Below are positions 47,301 to 61,920 of a DNA stretch of 64,000 bases, piece by piece. How positions within the stretch are numbered: position 1 is the first letter of the stretch; the number at the start of each line of letters is the position of its first letter. Source of the DNA: Schmidtea nova (Eukaryota); the NCBI GenBank assembly GCA_044892505.1, contig CM097883.1:292454001-292518000 (forward strand), in the 5' to 3' direction. The translations under genes were made by a program, and so were the position numbers. The notes beneath the pieces were generated by a model. It searched no databases. It was given only the letters and a program-made list of their open reading frames with translations, and had not been told where the DNA came from.

Positions 47301-48858
47301 GAGTTGTCTATAAATGGTGTGCTGTGAAACGTCTGGACTAAATAAAGATAATAAAATAAATATATTTTCGATAAAAACACAATATCCATAAATGTGCATA
47401 AGGACCTTCAACATGGTATATTCTCTTCATTTACTCAGCATCTGGCATTTTACATTCCAGTAATGACCAGTAATGACCAGTAATGTATTATAATAAATAA
47501 AATCTTGTTAACAGTCATACTCTAAGCATAAATTAGATATAAATAAACTAAACTTTATTTTCAACATTTTTACAAAACTTTAATTAATTAATTAATTAAT
47601 AATTTAATTAATTAATTAATTATTATTAATTAATTATTAAATAATTTAATTAATTAATAATTTAATAATAGTAAACTATACCATCTTTTGTTTATTCGTT
47701 TGATCCTTTCTTTTCTATTTCACAAATTTAAAATAGGATTAATATTTGACATATATGTTTTTAGAATATACACTGGTGAAAAAGCTGTGCCTGAAATTTG
47801 TGCACTTTTAAACAAGAATTTGATTAAGTCTTTAAAAAAAATGAACAATTTTTATTTGTTTCGCCCAAAGTATTTTATATTGCTAAACTCAATACAAATT
47901 CTTCATTTTCATAATGTATAATTTATTTACTTTATGTCTTTACCAAACTTCTTTGGAATTTTCTTTTCCCCTTTATCTGTAGTCAATTGAATATATTAAT
48001 AATAAATTTTTATTTCAAATTTTTATAATGTGAATTCTTTTAATTTGTATTAATTTTAATAATTGCGACATTTAAAATTTATGTTTATTTAATTAATAGA
48101 CTAATTTATATATTTTGTTTTAATGATTTATATTTTATTTATTTTAGTAAAAATCAGAATTGTTTATCCCTTTTAAGGACATTGTAATATCTCCAGCAAG
48201 CATTTGTTTGGCTTTCAATTGTTTCCGTCTGCTGTCTTCTTGTTCAATTACGCCTTTTTGTATTCGATTCTTTCACAATATCCTGAATCCTTCTTACACT
48301 CCTCACCTCTACTCAAACAGGTTTAAATAGAAGATAAATTTCTGTTGCAGATAAATCATTTTGACTTAGTACAAAGACAAAGAAATTGGTGTTCTTCATT
48401 GTGACAGATAATTATTTTTATTTATTTTTAAAATATTTCCGGGGTTTTTTCAAGCGTTTGATTTATTATTATTTTATCTTATTTTACTTCTTTCCTCGAC
48501 TTAATTTTTATTTGTTTGGTTTCTTAAATTAAGAATATCCATAATTTTTAAAAACCATATTTTTAAACACAACACGAATTTCTGATATTATTCAAAGAAT
48601 TCAATTTTTATATTTGAGAATATTTTTGCAAGCATAGATTAGTAATTGAATAGGGAATATTCATACACAAACATTCAATAAATATTTTATATTTTAATTT
48701 TCAATTATTCTTAAATATGAAATTTACACTCAAACCAATTAATAACTTCAATATTTATATTTAATTTTTTATGCAAATTTATAATTTTATTATCTAATTT
48801 TATTATAGTATTTAAATTCATTAAAAACTGAAAATTAATTACTATTTCTATTTAATTA

Positions 48859-49636
48859 TGTAGTGTCGAATGATTACCTCACTAGTCACAGGTTGCGATG
48901 CAAGTTATGCATCGCATGGTGGCAGTTTCTATGTTACGCAACAGTGAAATGTAACATATATTTACTTATAAATAGTGATTTTATTAGTAATAAAGATTTA
49001 TCTTGTTAATTTAGATTTGACTTCCCTTCAAGCTATCCGGGCCAAATGGACAAATTAAAATTAATCTCGATATTTGCTGGAGATGGAGATGTCTAGGCTA
49101 GTGTCTAGGCTACAGAACGTGGACGAGATTGCTGATGTCCTTCCCTTGTTTCTCGATGGTGCAGCATTCGTAGTTTATCAAAATTTATCCGAAGGTCTGA
49201 AGAACAATGCCGGAGCTATTGAGAAGGCAATAATTAGTGCATATTCGATGGACTGTTTTACTGCTTTCGAATTGTTTAGAAACAGAGGGTGGTGAAACGA
49301 ACCGGTAGACGATTTCTTGGCAGATTTACGCCGATTACACTCGTTGGCATCGTAGACTGAATGTGTAGATAAAGATTCTCCTATTGGCTGTGGTGGCAGA
49401 CTACGCATGCCACCTATGTGGCTGTCGGATTACATTACAGAGTGAAGTAGGAATCATTGGGGTGTGTAGTGTGGAATGATTACCTCACTAGTCACAGGAT
49501 GCGATGCAAGTTATGCATCACATGGTGGCAGTTTCTATGTTACGCAACAGTGAAATGTAACATGGATTTACTTATAAATGGTGATTTTATTAGTAATAAA
49601 GATTTATCTTGTTAATTTAGACTTGACTTCTCTTCA
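48859..49636 (+). mobile_element. 778-bp internally deleted gypsy element (TRIM-like) with a gag remnant
   Basis: 172-bp LTRs 48859-49030 and 49465-49636 (TG...CA); AATTA 5-bp TSD; gag-like LPLFLDGAAFVVYQNL...FLADLRRL. Confidence 0.92.
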
Positions 49637-50353
49637 AATTATTCTAAAAGATAAAATTATTAAAATATGATAATTAATTTGATTCAACTAATAATTGAAG
49701 TATTTACAAATTTGATTATAACAGTAAGATAAAAATATGAATTAACATTAAAAAGCAAAAGAATCAACAATTTATTAAATGAAAAACATTCAAATTCGAC
49801 AAAAACATGATCGTCATTAGAAATTGACAGAATGAACAAAAGCAAACAATTAAATCATTAAACAGACAAATTTTTCAGTTCGCAAATAATATAAAGTAAT
49901 TAATTTTAAATTGAAGATAAAATAAATACATATATTATTTATATCAAAATCATACTTATAACTCTCAGTGAGAATTTAATATCTATTATGCAGAAAAAAT
50001 CAGTAAAAAAACAATTTATTAAATAAATCAATTAAATATTTCAGTATTAACCCTTTACGCTCCAACAGTAAATCTTTCCTTGTTATTATCTGCATGGATT
50101 CCAATTATCAATTTCACGCACATCACATTGCCTGTCACCGCAAAGGCAATTATCATTACATTTGGTTTCATTAAATTGCTTTTTTGTAGTGTGTGTTTGA
50201 TTAACGCACACATTACATGTTATGTTTTAATTGGTTGTTTTTATTGGCCATATTTTCAGTGCATTTTTAAAATAAATTAATTTGTTTTTTAAATGTTAAT
50301 TATGTGTAATTATTAAGTTAATGAATGAATATTTTTAAGAATTGTTATAGGGA

Positions 50354-52954
50354 TGTTCAATAATTAACTTTGTTTTAATATTATCAAGTTGGCACTGTTA
50401 TGAAAAAATATATATTTTAATTTGATAAATTGTAAGTATGCATTATGAAGAGATTGTAACTGGCGACCACGTCGAAAAAATCGAGCTGATTCACGTGTCG
50501 ACAAGAAATCAACATAGGAAGATGATTATGAAATCTTAGCCTAAACAGGCAAAAGACATTTTGAATTTTAATGTCAGAAGATTCAACGGCCGAAGCACGA
50601 TAAAAGCAGAGAAATGGCTCAAGGATATTGAAGATTAGATGCTACTAAATGATCTAAATTTAGTAAGTATTTTTTATTTATTATTGTCTGAAGAGGCACC
50701 AATTCTCTGGAAAGAATTTAAGGACATGCATAAGATATTTGAAGGATTAATTTTCAAAGGAGAGGTTGTCTATTTTGATGATATTTTAATATATGCTGAA
50801 AATCAGGACACTCATGATAAACTTTTACTTGAAGTATTCACACGCATTAAAGATGCCGGTTTAAAGGTTATCCCGAGAAATGCGCGTTCCATAAAAACGT
50901 ATTAAATTTCACTGGTCATACAGTGAGTGAAAAGGGAATTCAAACAAACAAAAGAAAGATTTCAGAAATTGAAAATGCAACTGAACCGAAGAGTGTTACA
51001 GAATTGAGGTCATTCTTAGGTTTAGTTAATTATTATCGGCGGTTTATCAAGAATTATTCAATAATAGCTGCACCTTTGTATGTCGCAAAGACAGGAAATG
51101 ATAAAATTATTGTTTGGACTGAAGAACGTAGAAAAGGTTTTATCAATTTAAAGAAACTCTTGTGTGAAGCACCAATATTACAATTTCCAAGGGCAGGTTG
51201 ACTATTTATTCTTGATACGGATGCTAGTTTTGGAGCCATAGGTGCAGTTTTATCTCAGATTAAGGAAGATGGTACTGAGGGAGTGATAGCGTATGGTTCA
51301 AGACATTTGACAACACATGAAATGGGATATTGTGTTACTAGAAAAGAGTTGTTGGCACTTCACGAGTTTATTGTACATTTCAAGCAATATTTATATGGAA
51401 GAAAATTTGTAGCCAGAACGAATCACAGGGCATTAACGTTTGTGAACACGACAAAGAAAACAATAAGCCCGCAGTTTCAGACATGATGGCAAATTTATCT
51501 GAATACGATTTTGAGTAACAATATAGGAAGGGAGAAGAACATGGAAATGCAGATGGTATGTCTCGTTTAAATAATGCCATATGCTATCGTTGTCAGATGA
51601 AACACAAGGATGCTAAAGAGGCAAAATGTAGAACTCGGTACATTAATAGTCTGCAAGGAAGTTTTAATATTATGAAAATTATTAAAGAGAAGCAAAACGA
51701 AGACAAAATTATTTCAGAAATCCTATCACATCTTAATGGAACAATCAGTAGCATTATTTTCAAGTATCTAAATATATTACAGATACAAGATGACGTATTG
51801 ATGATTAACGCAGATGGAAAACTTGCAGTTGTAGTACATGACAAGTACGTAAAAACATTGGTAAATTATTTTTATATTGAACTGTGCCATCTGGGTATCA
51901 AGAAAACCTTATTTTATTTAAAAGACTTTTTCTTTTGGCCATCGATGAATCAGAGTATTACGGAATGTATTAATAAATGCAACATTTGTGCTAGTAGAAA
52001 TATTGATCAAGGAAGAATAAAGGAAATTTTATTGCCAAGAACAGGAGAACGGTTTTTAGAACATATAGTAGTGTACATTGCATATATGGAGACAAAGGCA
52101 AGTAAAAAATATACGATAGTGATAATAGATCGTTTGAGTAAATTGGTCAGCTTATCCGCAACAAGTACGCAGGATGAATCAACAATTTTGAATGTCATTT
52201 TAAATAATTGGATATATTGTTTTGGTAAACCAGAAAGCATTCTTACAGATAGAGGAAGAATTTTTGAAGGATGAATGTTTCGTGATTGGATGGAGAAATT
52301 TGGTATAAAACAAGAATTCAGTTCACTATATCAACATCAATCAAACGGTTTAGCAAAACGAATCATAAGAACAGTTCGGGACATGTTGGCAACATCATTG
52401 ACAGAGATTAGAACAGAGAATAATTGGTGCAGATTGTTACCAAAGATTGAATTTAGTTTGAATGCTATAATACAAAACTCAACAAATCTCTCACCTTTTG
52501 AAATTGTATATGGTCGAAGATTAATTTATATTCTAGATTAAGACATACAAAAAAGCAAAGAAGAAATTGTGGATAAAACAAAAACTAATCTAGAGAAAGC
52601 AGCTATAACAATGAAAAATAGAGATATAGAACACCGGGGTACTCGAGTATTCACGGTGGGACAGAAATTATTAGTTCGCTTGGAACCACATAGACGAAAG
52701 AAGGAGGAAATCCAATATGAAGGACCTTACAAAATTTTAAAATTCTTTTCACCAAGACAAGTTGAATTACAATTTCCAAACTCAATCAAATCAAGAAGAA
52801 TTGAATGGCTGAAGAGATGCAAAGAAAATGAAGAGTAGGAGAGTGATGTTCAATAATTAACTTTGTTTTAATATTATCAAGTTGGCACTGTTATAAAATA
52901 TATGTATATTTTCATTTGATAAATTATTAGTATGAATTATGAAGAGATTGTAAC
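50354..52954 (+). mobile_element. Degenerate, deleted Ty3/gypsy element with ~107-bp LTRs
   Basis: LTRs 50354-50460 and 52847-52954; PBS-like TGGCGACCAC; PPT aagagtaggagagtga; broken pol fragments YFDDILIY, DTDAS, HLGIKKT...CNIC, TDRG, GPY; no clear TSD. Confidence 0.88.
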
Positions 52955-54037
52955 TGTTATCTATTTTGAAAATAGATGAACTAATTGGTAAATTTATCAA
53001 TTAAAAATTAAAAATAACAATTCTTTTTTATAAATATTTTTTCGATTTTTTAAATTTTTTTAACATTAAATTTTCAATTAGAAAAAACTAAATTAACTTA
53101 GCTCATCTGATTATTCACAATGAGGAAGCTTACTAAGAGTTGACAGTTCAGAAACATTTTCCAAAACCATTTTTTGATATAAAAACTTTGTATTATTGAA
53201 AGAAATTCAGTGAAATTTTATAACAAATATTTTGAATTTTTCTAGAGATATTTAAACATTTAAAACTGTTTAAAAAAATTAAATTGTTTTTTGTTGTCGG
53301 ATGACTAACTGATTAAAATGAATTTTATACTGATATTTGATTATAGTTATAATATTTAACACGTTTCGTGCTTAGTTCTCACAAGTATCATGTAAGAAAT
53401 TCAGTCCTACCTGGACTTGAGGACTTTTTGACTAAAGACAAGAATATAACTACTCTACAACCAAGTTACACCAAATGTTACATTTTACACTTTACTTTGA
53501 TCAGTCAGTCATCCAAAAATCAAAAATGATTTGATTCTATTAAATTACTTGCCGACATGTAATGCCTTTACAAACTTTAACTGTGTTTACAGTTATGATG
53601 ATACAGGAATTATATGAAGTAATCATACTCCTAGTTAGGAAAATATCAAATGGATTTCTATTCGAGTTCTATTTGAGATTGAATCGAGTTACTTACAAGG
53701 TATTGACGTGTCGAACAAGCTTATTTCTGCTATCAGAAGCGTGTTCAATATCAATTTATAAACCTTATTCGTATTTAGGCTTTCTATTAAGTTTCTATTA
53801 GGTTTTCTAGTTATAAAAACTTCAGATAGATGAATTAAAAATTTTAAACCTTTGGAACAACTATTATGATCAACATTGAAAAAGGGAGTTGTTTTTCTTT
53901 TCACCTTTGTCTTTTTTCTTTCAAATTTCACTTAACGTCATTTATTTTTAGTCTATCAATGTTTTCAGATTATTACAAATTTTCGACACTCCCTTTTAAA
54001 GCAATCTGTTTAGTTTATTGAAAACACTATACCTTCA

Positions 54038-54873
54038 TTACTTACTTGTTATGCAGACGTAATTCATCGTAGACGTACATTTACTATCTTTGAACGAATC
54101 ACTAGACAGATCATATGTCATACACAAATCCGACGAGCAGTCCCAAAGAATATTGGGATAATACGAAGAAAGGTTGTTGAACCAAAAAATACTTGGTGGT
54201 CGGATAAATCCTTTAAAGGTTATTGGATCACTCACTGTCATATTAATCCAAACTCGATTTCTACAAAAAGACAAGCCATGAAATAAAAATAATCCCAAAT
54301 AATTACTGTTATAAATAACATAAAAAATCTCTAATTTTAGTTTCAGAATTTTTAGAAGACCCTAAAGTTATTATTGGAAATCTGAAATCAAATCATAAAG
54401 ACCTAATGGAGGAATTGCTATGTCATCGTCACACAAACATTCCACTTCTAGAGCATTCATCCCATTCGGCAAAGATAGAAACACTTTTTCTTACAATTCT
54501 CTCAACCCATCGAACAAACAAGGTAGCTGCGTTAGAAATATTCTCTTTTTTTTCTGATTTTTATTCCCATTCCATTTTCTCAACATAAAGTAGACCTTTG
54601 GCATTTTTCTTTTTTTATTTCATTTAAATATTAAAAGTGAACATCCTACTTTTTAATATTTAGCAAATTTTTCCAAATAATAATTTACACTTACACATTT
54701 ATTAGTTTCAATATTATTTTGAGATCAACATAATCTGATTCAGTCAGAAAAAGAGGCAACTCCATATCCAATGACGAACAGTACGTCGCAGCTTCTGAAA
54801 GTTTGAGCTGGAAGGGAGAACTGACCACCTGTAAAATGCATAATCCTGATAGAAAAAAAATTAATTTTATCAT
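54038..54873 (-). CDS. Two-exon C-type-lectin-like gene (exons 54873-54695 and 54260-54038)
   Basis: GTAAGT donor and ctttttgtag acceptor give an in-frame join LINV-NRVWI; EAATYC..L..EL, VWI, C...FKDSKC...YVC; the apparent signal peptide could instead be intronic. Confidence 0.7.
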
Positions 54874-56246
54874 TGAAAATGTGCAATTTATGAACAAGTT
54901 ACTAACCTGATGTCAATTTAAAAGATTATCCCATTGAAAATACTCTTGGGAAATTATAATATGGAATTCTTGTTCTGACAGTTGATAGTTATCTTTTTTA
55001 ATGTAAATTTCAGTTGACTATTCAAGTGTAATTTTAAATAAATTCGGTGGGCAGCGAATGATTTTGCATTTTAATTTTGAAAATATTTTTTAAAAAAATA
55101 TTCTTTTATGAAAAATAATATTTACTTTTTGTTTAAATTTATAAAAATTTATATAATTAACTGCATGTTAACTTAAGGTTCGTATTGAAGGCTTCTTAAA
55201 AAAATCTTTTAATTGTAAACCATTCAACATTTTAAGAATGGCCTTACTTTGCCATTTTTGAACCCTTCTGTATTTCGATAATTGTTGAAGTTGTAAAGGG
55301 CCATAATTTAGAATTATTCATTATTATATTTAAATAAAATATATTTGTAAGACAGCATTTATCTTCCATAGTTTTTATGTCGGAGTTTGTCTAAACAGGC
55401 ACAAAATAAAAGTAAAGCACAGAACACTAAGTGTAAATAAATAAAATAACAAAATTTAAAAAGTAGCAAATAAAGTGCTTAATTAATTAAAAATTGAAAA
55501 AAAATAAAAATCAATATTTGGGGAGGAAACGGGTATAGGGGGATGCCAAATGATAATACAAATCCAAATAATATTTTATAAATTCAATGGAGTCCCCAGA
55601 GAAAGATATTAAAGGAAAATACAAGTTAATAAAAAAGTTAATTAATTAATAGAAAACAGGTAGCTAAAACAAAATAATTAAATTTTTTGAGCGAAATCTA
55701 AGAAAACCCGAGCCATGTTAGAAACATAAGCAAAATAATTAGATGTCGTAGGATAAAATAATTTTAATAAAGATCCAAATCAAAGGCGGCTGTCAAATTC
55801 AATCGCTATCTTGAGGAATGATCAAGAGTCTAGAAAACTTTAATTAATTTTATTGAAACAAATCACTATAAAAGTGGGAACAAATCCTCAAAAGCCGTCA
55901 GTAAGTCGAAGAAAAGATATTCTATCAAACAATTCAAAAATAATTATTATACAGAAAGAGAGTAAAGAGTGGTCAACCAAATAAAAGTAGAAAGTGTACC
56001 AGAAAGGTGATCTACCTTTAGAAAACCTACCTTATAGCTTCAAGAAAAATGGAAATAAAAAAGACATTGTTGAAAGGTTGAAAGGTTTCTTGTTGAGTGT
56101 GAGAAAATTTAAAAACATTTATTGATTTGGGTGTTATTTTGTTTAAAATAAGGAGAATATACTTATATAAATAACCCAAAATTTATTTAAAACAAAAAAA
56201 TAATTTCGAATAATTTAACAAATTGTTATTTAAAAGCTTTGTGATA

Positions 56247-56646
56247 CCCAGTGCAAAACTCCAACAGCAGAATAGTTTCCATGCATTTCTCATCAGTGTT
56301 ATGCAGGAGACGCGAAGATTGCTTTTTACACCAGGTAAATACAAAATAAAGTTGGAACAATTTTATTGAATACTTTTCCTGGTACATTAGATATTAGATC
56401 ACTTGAATATGCAAGGTCTTACATATAATCTCTAAACTTGCAAATATGGCGTATGGACATAATATTTGCCTCTGGTATTAATAATTAGTTTAACACAGAA
56501 ATTGTTTGCAAACGTACCCGACTGCTTTGATATTCCAAATTTGTTTTAAACTTATTTGGGATGAAGAGCTTTCCTCGTGTCTCCTGCATCGCCTTGATTA
56601 GAGTCAAAAGCTGGAAATTAGTCTGCTATTGAGGTTTTGCACTGGG
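56247..56646. mobile_element. 400-bp MITE with ~90-bp imperfect TIRs and TA flanks
   Basis: ta|cccagtgcaaaac...tgcaggagac and gtctcctgca...gttttgcactggg|ta. Confidence 0.8.
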
Positions 56647-58603
56647 TACCTCTAATTAATTGCTTTTTTAAAAACAGTCATCCGTCAAATATTTTTTAAA
56701 TTAATTATTTAAATAATTTACATAACTATTACGATAGTATATAATTTTAAAATATAATTTAAAAACCTCGTGATGACTGTAATGAATAGTGAACGTCGAA
56801 TTTTGGTTTACGTGAAGGTCATTAAAATATGAATAACAATTTCTTTTATTTTCAGTAAATATTTAATAAAAATGTAGCTATTTTATTAAATGTTATGAAT
56901 TTTGTAATCTATAGCAACATATTGTATCTGCTTTTTAGTATCAATTTTTACTGTAGCAATTTTTACATAAATTAATTAAAATTCATAGTTTTGAAATTTA
57001 TAAAAATATATTATAGAAATATTCCGTTTATAACTTTTAATTTTTTATATTTTAAAATTTTTATATTTTTAATTTTTATATTGTATCTTAATCAAATCAT
57101 TTGTAAAGTTTCAATGGTTCTCTCAACTTAATGTCTTACATAATTAATATGTCAAATGCTGGTTCGAGAAAATTTTATTAAATAACAAAATTGTATAACA
57201 TAATTAAGATTTACCGTGATGATACAGAGATTTTATATAATTTATCAATACTGTGTGTCCTTTGATTTGTATCAATAGTAACAGTTACTTGAGCTAAGTC
57301 ATGTAACCTGTATGCTCAAAATTTAGCTTGTTAAGTTAAATTACAAACTAAAACCTCTTCTGACGAGAAGATTTTGTGGGTGAACTAAATGAAAAATACT
57401 GTTGGGTTGGCCCAGACGATAATAATGCTTCACAATGGACAAATAATAAAAGCAATTAAATAAATAACTCAAAAGCAAAGCAATAAACGGAAATAGAAAT
57501 CAAAAATATCAAAGAATTGAGAAAATAATAATAACTAAAATGAGAAGATTAAAACAAATGAAAACGGGAAAACCCCCGAATTAACATGAAACAAAAGGAA
57601 AAAGAATAAAAAATAGAATTAAATTAATTAATAGAATTAAATAAGAAATAATAAGAAAAAGAAAGGAAATAATTAATAAGAAATAGAAAACAATAAAAAT
57701 GTTAAAAAAATCGATTTAATTAAGCAATAAAAATCGAGAGCGATTTTGATTGGCTGCTTGAGCGCCAAAATTAGTATTAAAAAGGCTCTCAAGTCAGTAG
57801 CAAATCATCTTTTTAAATATATTTCTAACATCAACTCACTTTGTTATCATCATTTCCAATATTAATTTGAAATTTACGACAACACTCGGAACGACATCTT
57901 TTAAACAACATTGGAAATGATCACGAAAGATATTGTAAGTAATTTTTAATTCTCTAATAAAATTTTATTATGAAGTATTGTGTTCTTTTTAATTCTAAAT
58001 TTTTCAAGTTAAATTAATGACGGTGGTAAGTTGCCTTGAGAATCTAGATGGCCCTAAGGGTTGCCCGCTTTCCGGTAGTTTCGCCCTCCAGTTCGCGCCT
58101 CGAGTGTGGGATAGATGGAGAAACTTCTGAATGGCAAGATAATGAATCATAATAATGCATGGTAGCGAATGTCGGAATACTGACGTGCCGGTAGTTCTCC
58201 CTTTTCAATGAATTATTTTAAGAGTCAGTTCTAGAAATTAAGTTTATTAATACTAGCGATCCCCTACGTAACAACTTAATGTAGAGAATTTCAAAGATAA
58301 CTAACTTACCAATGTCAGTAGTTGAGGGAAATTATACGAATTAATCTTACACCATACCCCGATTTAATTTGAGCGTCTTCGTTTCTTTTTTTAAATTAAT
58401 GATAAAGTAGGAGAATCTAATAGTTTAATCCAAGTTTAATCCAACATTTTCAAACAGCTTCTGATATTCTTAATGCAATTCTTAGTCTTCAAAAAATAAT
58501 CAACCCAATAAATATTGAACTTTCACAAATTTACACACTCCAATGTAACAATATAAATGATTCTGCTTTCTTTATCTGTCATTGTTTTTCAAGAGATATA
58601 CCT

Positions 58604-58956
58604 TTGACCACACCTTCCATTCATGCCATAAAAAGAAACATTAATAAAAATATTGAAAATATTATCAATAAAAGAAAACCTAATAATGACATCACTAAAT
58701 ATAGCAATATTTACAATAATATAATTACACTAATTAAAAATCAATCGTGCACTCCTGATGAAGCACTTGATGAAATTAAAAGAATCTTTTTGCATTAAAT
58801 CTTAATAAAAAAAACTTCTAAGAAAAAAAATAAGATAAAAAAGACAATAATAAAAATCAGCTTATTTTTAATCTAAGACTAAACTTTGATAAATATCCTA
58901 AAAAAACTATTGAAAACATCTTTATTAATAAAAAAATAATAAACTCAACTCCTGAT

Positions 58957-58997
<41 letters not shown>

Positions 58998-60545
58998 GCA
59001 CTTTGCCACTACTAAAAAATATACTATTGATTTTAATTATAATTTAATCACAGCTAAATGTGAGGACACAAATTATACTCAGTGCACTATTACAAATAAA
59101 ATGTTAATTGATACTCTTAAAATCCTTGACAAACGCTCTGCTCCTGGTAATGACAAAATAACCTATAAAGTCTGGCAAAATACTCTAGGCCCAAAGCTTG
59201 ACTTCCTTACTGCCCTGTTTAATAACATACTTCTTAATAATATCAGTCCTTCATCTTGGAAAACTTTTAAAACTAAACTTATTCTGAAACCAGGTAAAGA
59301 GTTAACCTCACATGACATCTCTTCTTAGAGACCTCTGGCCATACTAGACACATCTTATCGCATCTTCTCCTCAATCTTAAATGAAAGACTTCTCACCTGG
59401 ATATCTGAAGGAAATCTTATCTCTCCTAACCAAAAAGCTATAGGAATGCACTGAGCATAATACTGTCCTCACATTAACGAAAGAATGGGCTATAAGAAAC
59501 AAAAAAGACCTAAATATTGTGTGGCTTGGTCTTGCTGACGCTTTTGGTAGCCTACCACATGACCTTATATGGAATACTCTTGATAAACATTGACTTCAAC
59601 CAAAAACCTTAGATCTTCTTAAAGAAATGTACTCAGATGTCTTCACTTACTATGACTGCGAGAAAAAACTTACTGATAACATACCAATAATTAATGGGGT
59701 CAAACAAGGATGCCCATTATCAATGACCAATTTTTGCCTCTCAATTGATTTCATCTTAAAGACAATTCTCCTTAAACATCCCCTAATAATAAATAACTTT
59801 AACCTTAGCATAATAGCCTATGCTGACGACTTTGTCCTAATATCTGACAACTATATAGGAATCTCTGAAATGCTTAATGACATCATTAATATGACAAATA
59901 TGGCCAACCTTAAATTTAAATCCTGTAAATGCGGCCACTTTCAACTAAACTGCAACAACTTTAATAAACCATTACTTATCTACGGTGAAATCATCCTTCT
60001 GTAAATGAAAATATTCTCTATAAATACCTTGGTGTTAACTTTGGCAACAAAGGCAAACACAACATCGATAGCACTCTTGAAACTACCCTTAATGATGCTA
60101 ATAATATCTTCACATCAGACTTACAACCTGTCCAAAAAATCACTGCCTTTAAAACCTTCATTCACTCTCGTCTTATATTCCACCTACGCAACTGTACTGT
60201 TTAGCACATGAACCTTGACTCTAGTGGGAACAAAAGCGTACAAGGAAGAGCCAAACAAATAGGGTTCGATCAAAAAATTAAAAAAATCTTTAAATAATCT
60301 CTTGGCGATATATTTTTGAATATTAACAATAATTTTTTTATACTCACATGTCCCTAGGAGGTCTTGACATAATCCCTAGTATAGATGAATATTTAATACA
60401 GAGCATTACCCACCTTTTCAGACTCCTAAACTTAAAACACACCAATATGAGAAATTTTATTACTAATGAAATGATAAATGCTTGTGATATAAGATTTAAT
60501 AATACTGAGAGAAACCTTGAAGAAAACCTAAAAGGTGAGGGTTAG
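58604..60545 (+). pseudogene. Non-LTR retrotransposon RT remnant, probably R2/R4/NeSL-like
   Basis: SAPGNDKITY, RPLAIL, LADAFGSLPH, GVKQGCPLS, AYADDFVL, GGLDI; many stops and frameshifts. Confidence 0.85.
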
Positions 60546-61061
60546 AATAGTCGAATATGGAAGCCAAAAAATAGTCGCCAAAGAAAAAAAGCTTTAATTG
60601 GTTAAAATCGTCGTCAATGTTGAAACCCTAAAAAATTGTCGAAACTGTAGTACAAAAAAATAGCCGACAATATTGAATCCTAAAAAAATAGTCGAAACAT
60701 TAGGGGCCAAAAATAATACAATTTTTTAGAAGGGTGTTAGATAACTGGGAGATAGCATTAATTTTTACTGTAATAAGTAGTAAATATTCTAAATGTATTT
60801 ATAATTAAATTACCGGGGGAAGAGGTTTTTTTGTCAAAATTTAGTGTTATGAACTCAGGCCGTTGTTTAAATGCCACACAAATAATAATTTTTCAATTAC
60901 AAATACAAAACTTGTATCTAAATATATTTCAATTTTTGTTATAATAATGTCTTTACAAACCCGTTAGTTATACATGGTACTTATTAAATTGGAAATGAAA
61001 CAAACAGACTAAAAGTAAAATAGACAAAAAATTATGCAAATAAATATTACAACTTTTATAG

Positions 61062-61111
<50 letters not shown>

Positions 61112-61246
61112 CTAATATAGCTAAATATAGCTGTAGTGCCTTAGATTAAATTTTCAATTTTATAAATTAATTAATTATTAAATGGATTAAATTAGATGTT
61201 GTTTTAATATTTACATATTTTCACTTTTTCACGCTGATCAAAAAAA

Positions 61247-61723
61247 ATGCAAGCTGTTAACAATGATTCGATATATCCATTCACTCAAGACATTCACAGC
61301 GACTCGTTTTCATCAAATGACAACAATTATCAGTTCTACTCTAGTGGAGATTGTGTAGTCGATATTCAAAGAAGAAACAATTGCCAGTTCCGTAGATTGC
61401 AGAAATGTTTCGCTGCTGGAATGCGTAAAGAAGCCGTACAAACTGGAAGATGCTTGTCAACAACTGGATCAATATTAATATACTATCCAGACAAATCTGA
61501 AATGTATAACTCAAAAAATCTACAAATCAATACATTGGATCACAATCAATTAAACGATTATTCGCCAGCACCAGAAATCAATCAATACGGACTGTCATGG
61601 AGCTTACTCATTTCAACTCTTGTTATCATCGGTCAGGATTTCCGGTTGCCAAAGACCAACTTGTCAATTGGAGATCAATTTCTATTAATAAAATCTTATT
61701 TGCTTTTAACATTCCTACAATAG
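61247..61723 (+). pseudogene. Nuclear receptor fragment: second DBD zinc finger plus LBD signature
   Basis: DCVVDIQRRNNCQFRRLQKCFAAGMRKEAVQ (zinc-ligand Cys appears as Arg); LSIGDQFLLIKS resembles the LBD helix 4/5 signature; first finger not seen. Confidence 0.7.
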
Positions 61724-61920
61724 CTAATACAACTACACTATTTACTAACAACATTTAAAATTATCTAAATTAAATAAATTAACAAATATCAAACATAAGT
61801 TTTTTGTAAACATGAAACTTTTGGTGTTGGTAGCTTTCTTCAATTCAGTCACCGGGAAGGGTGATAAGTCGCGCTAACCCTTATAAACTAAGCATAAATA
61901 TGTAATATTTCCAGAAGTAA

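Noticed and set aside
47575-47670. Pure A/T TTAA-type repeat; also (TA)n at ~41390, ~58960 and ~61050
   Set aside because: Ordinary low-complexity or microsatellite sequence
58021-58200. HDV-like ribozyme upstream of the non-LTR RT (GC-richer island containing GCGAAT)
   Set aside because: Could not assemble P1/P2/P3 pairings by eye; needs an RNArobo or Infernal search
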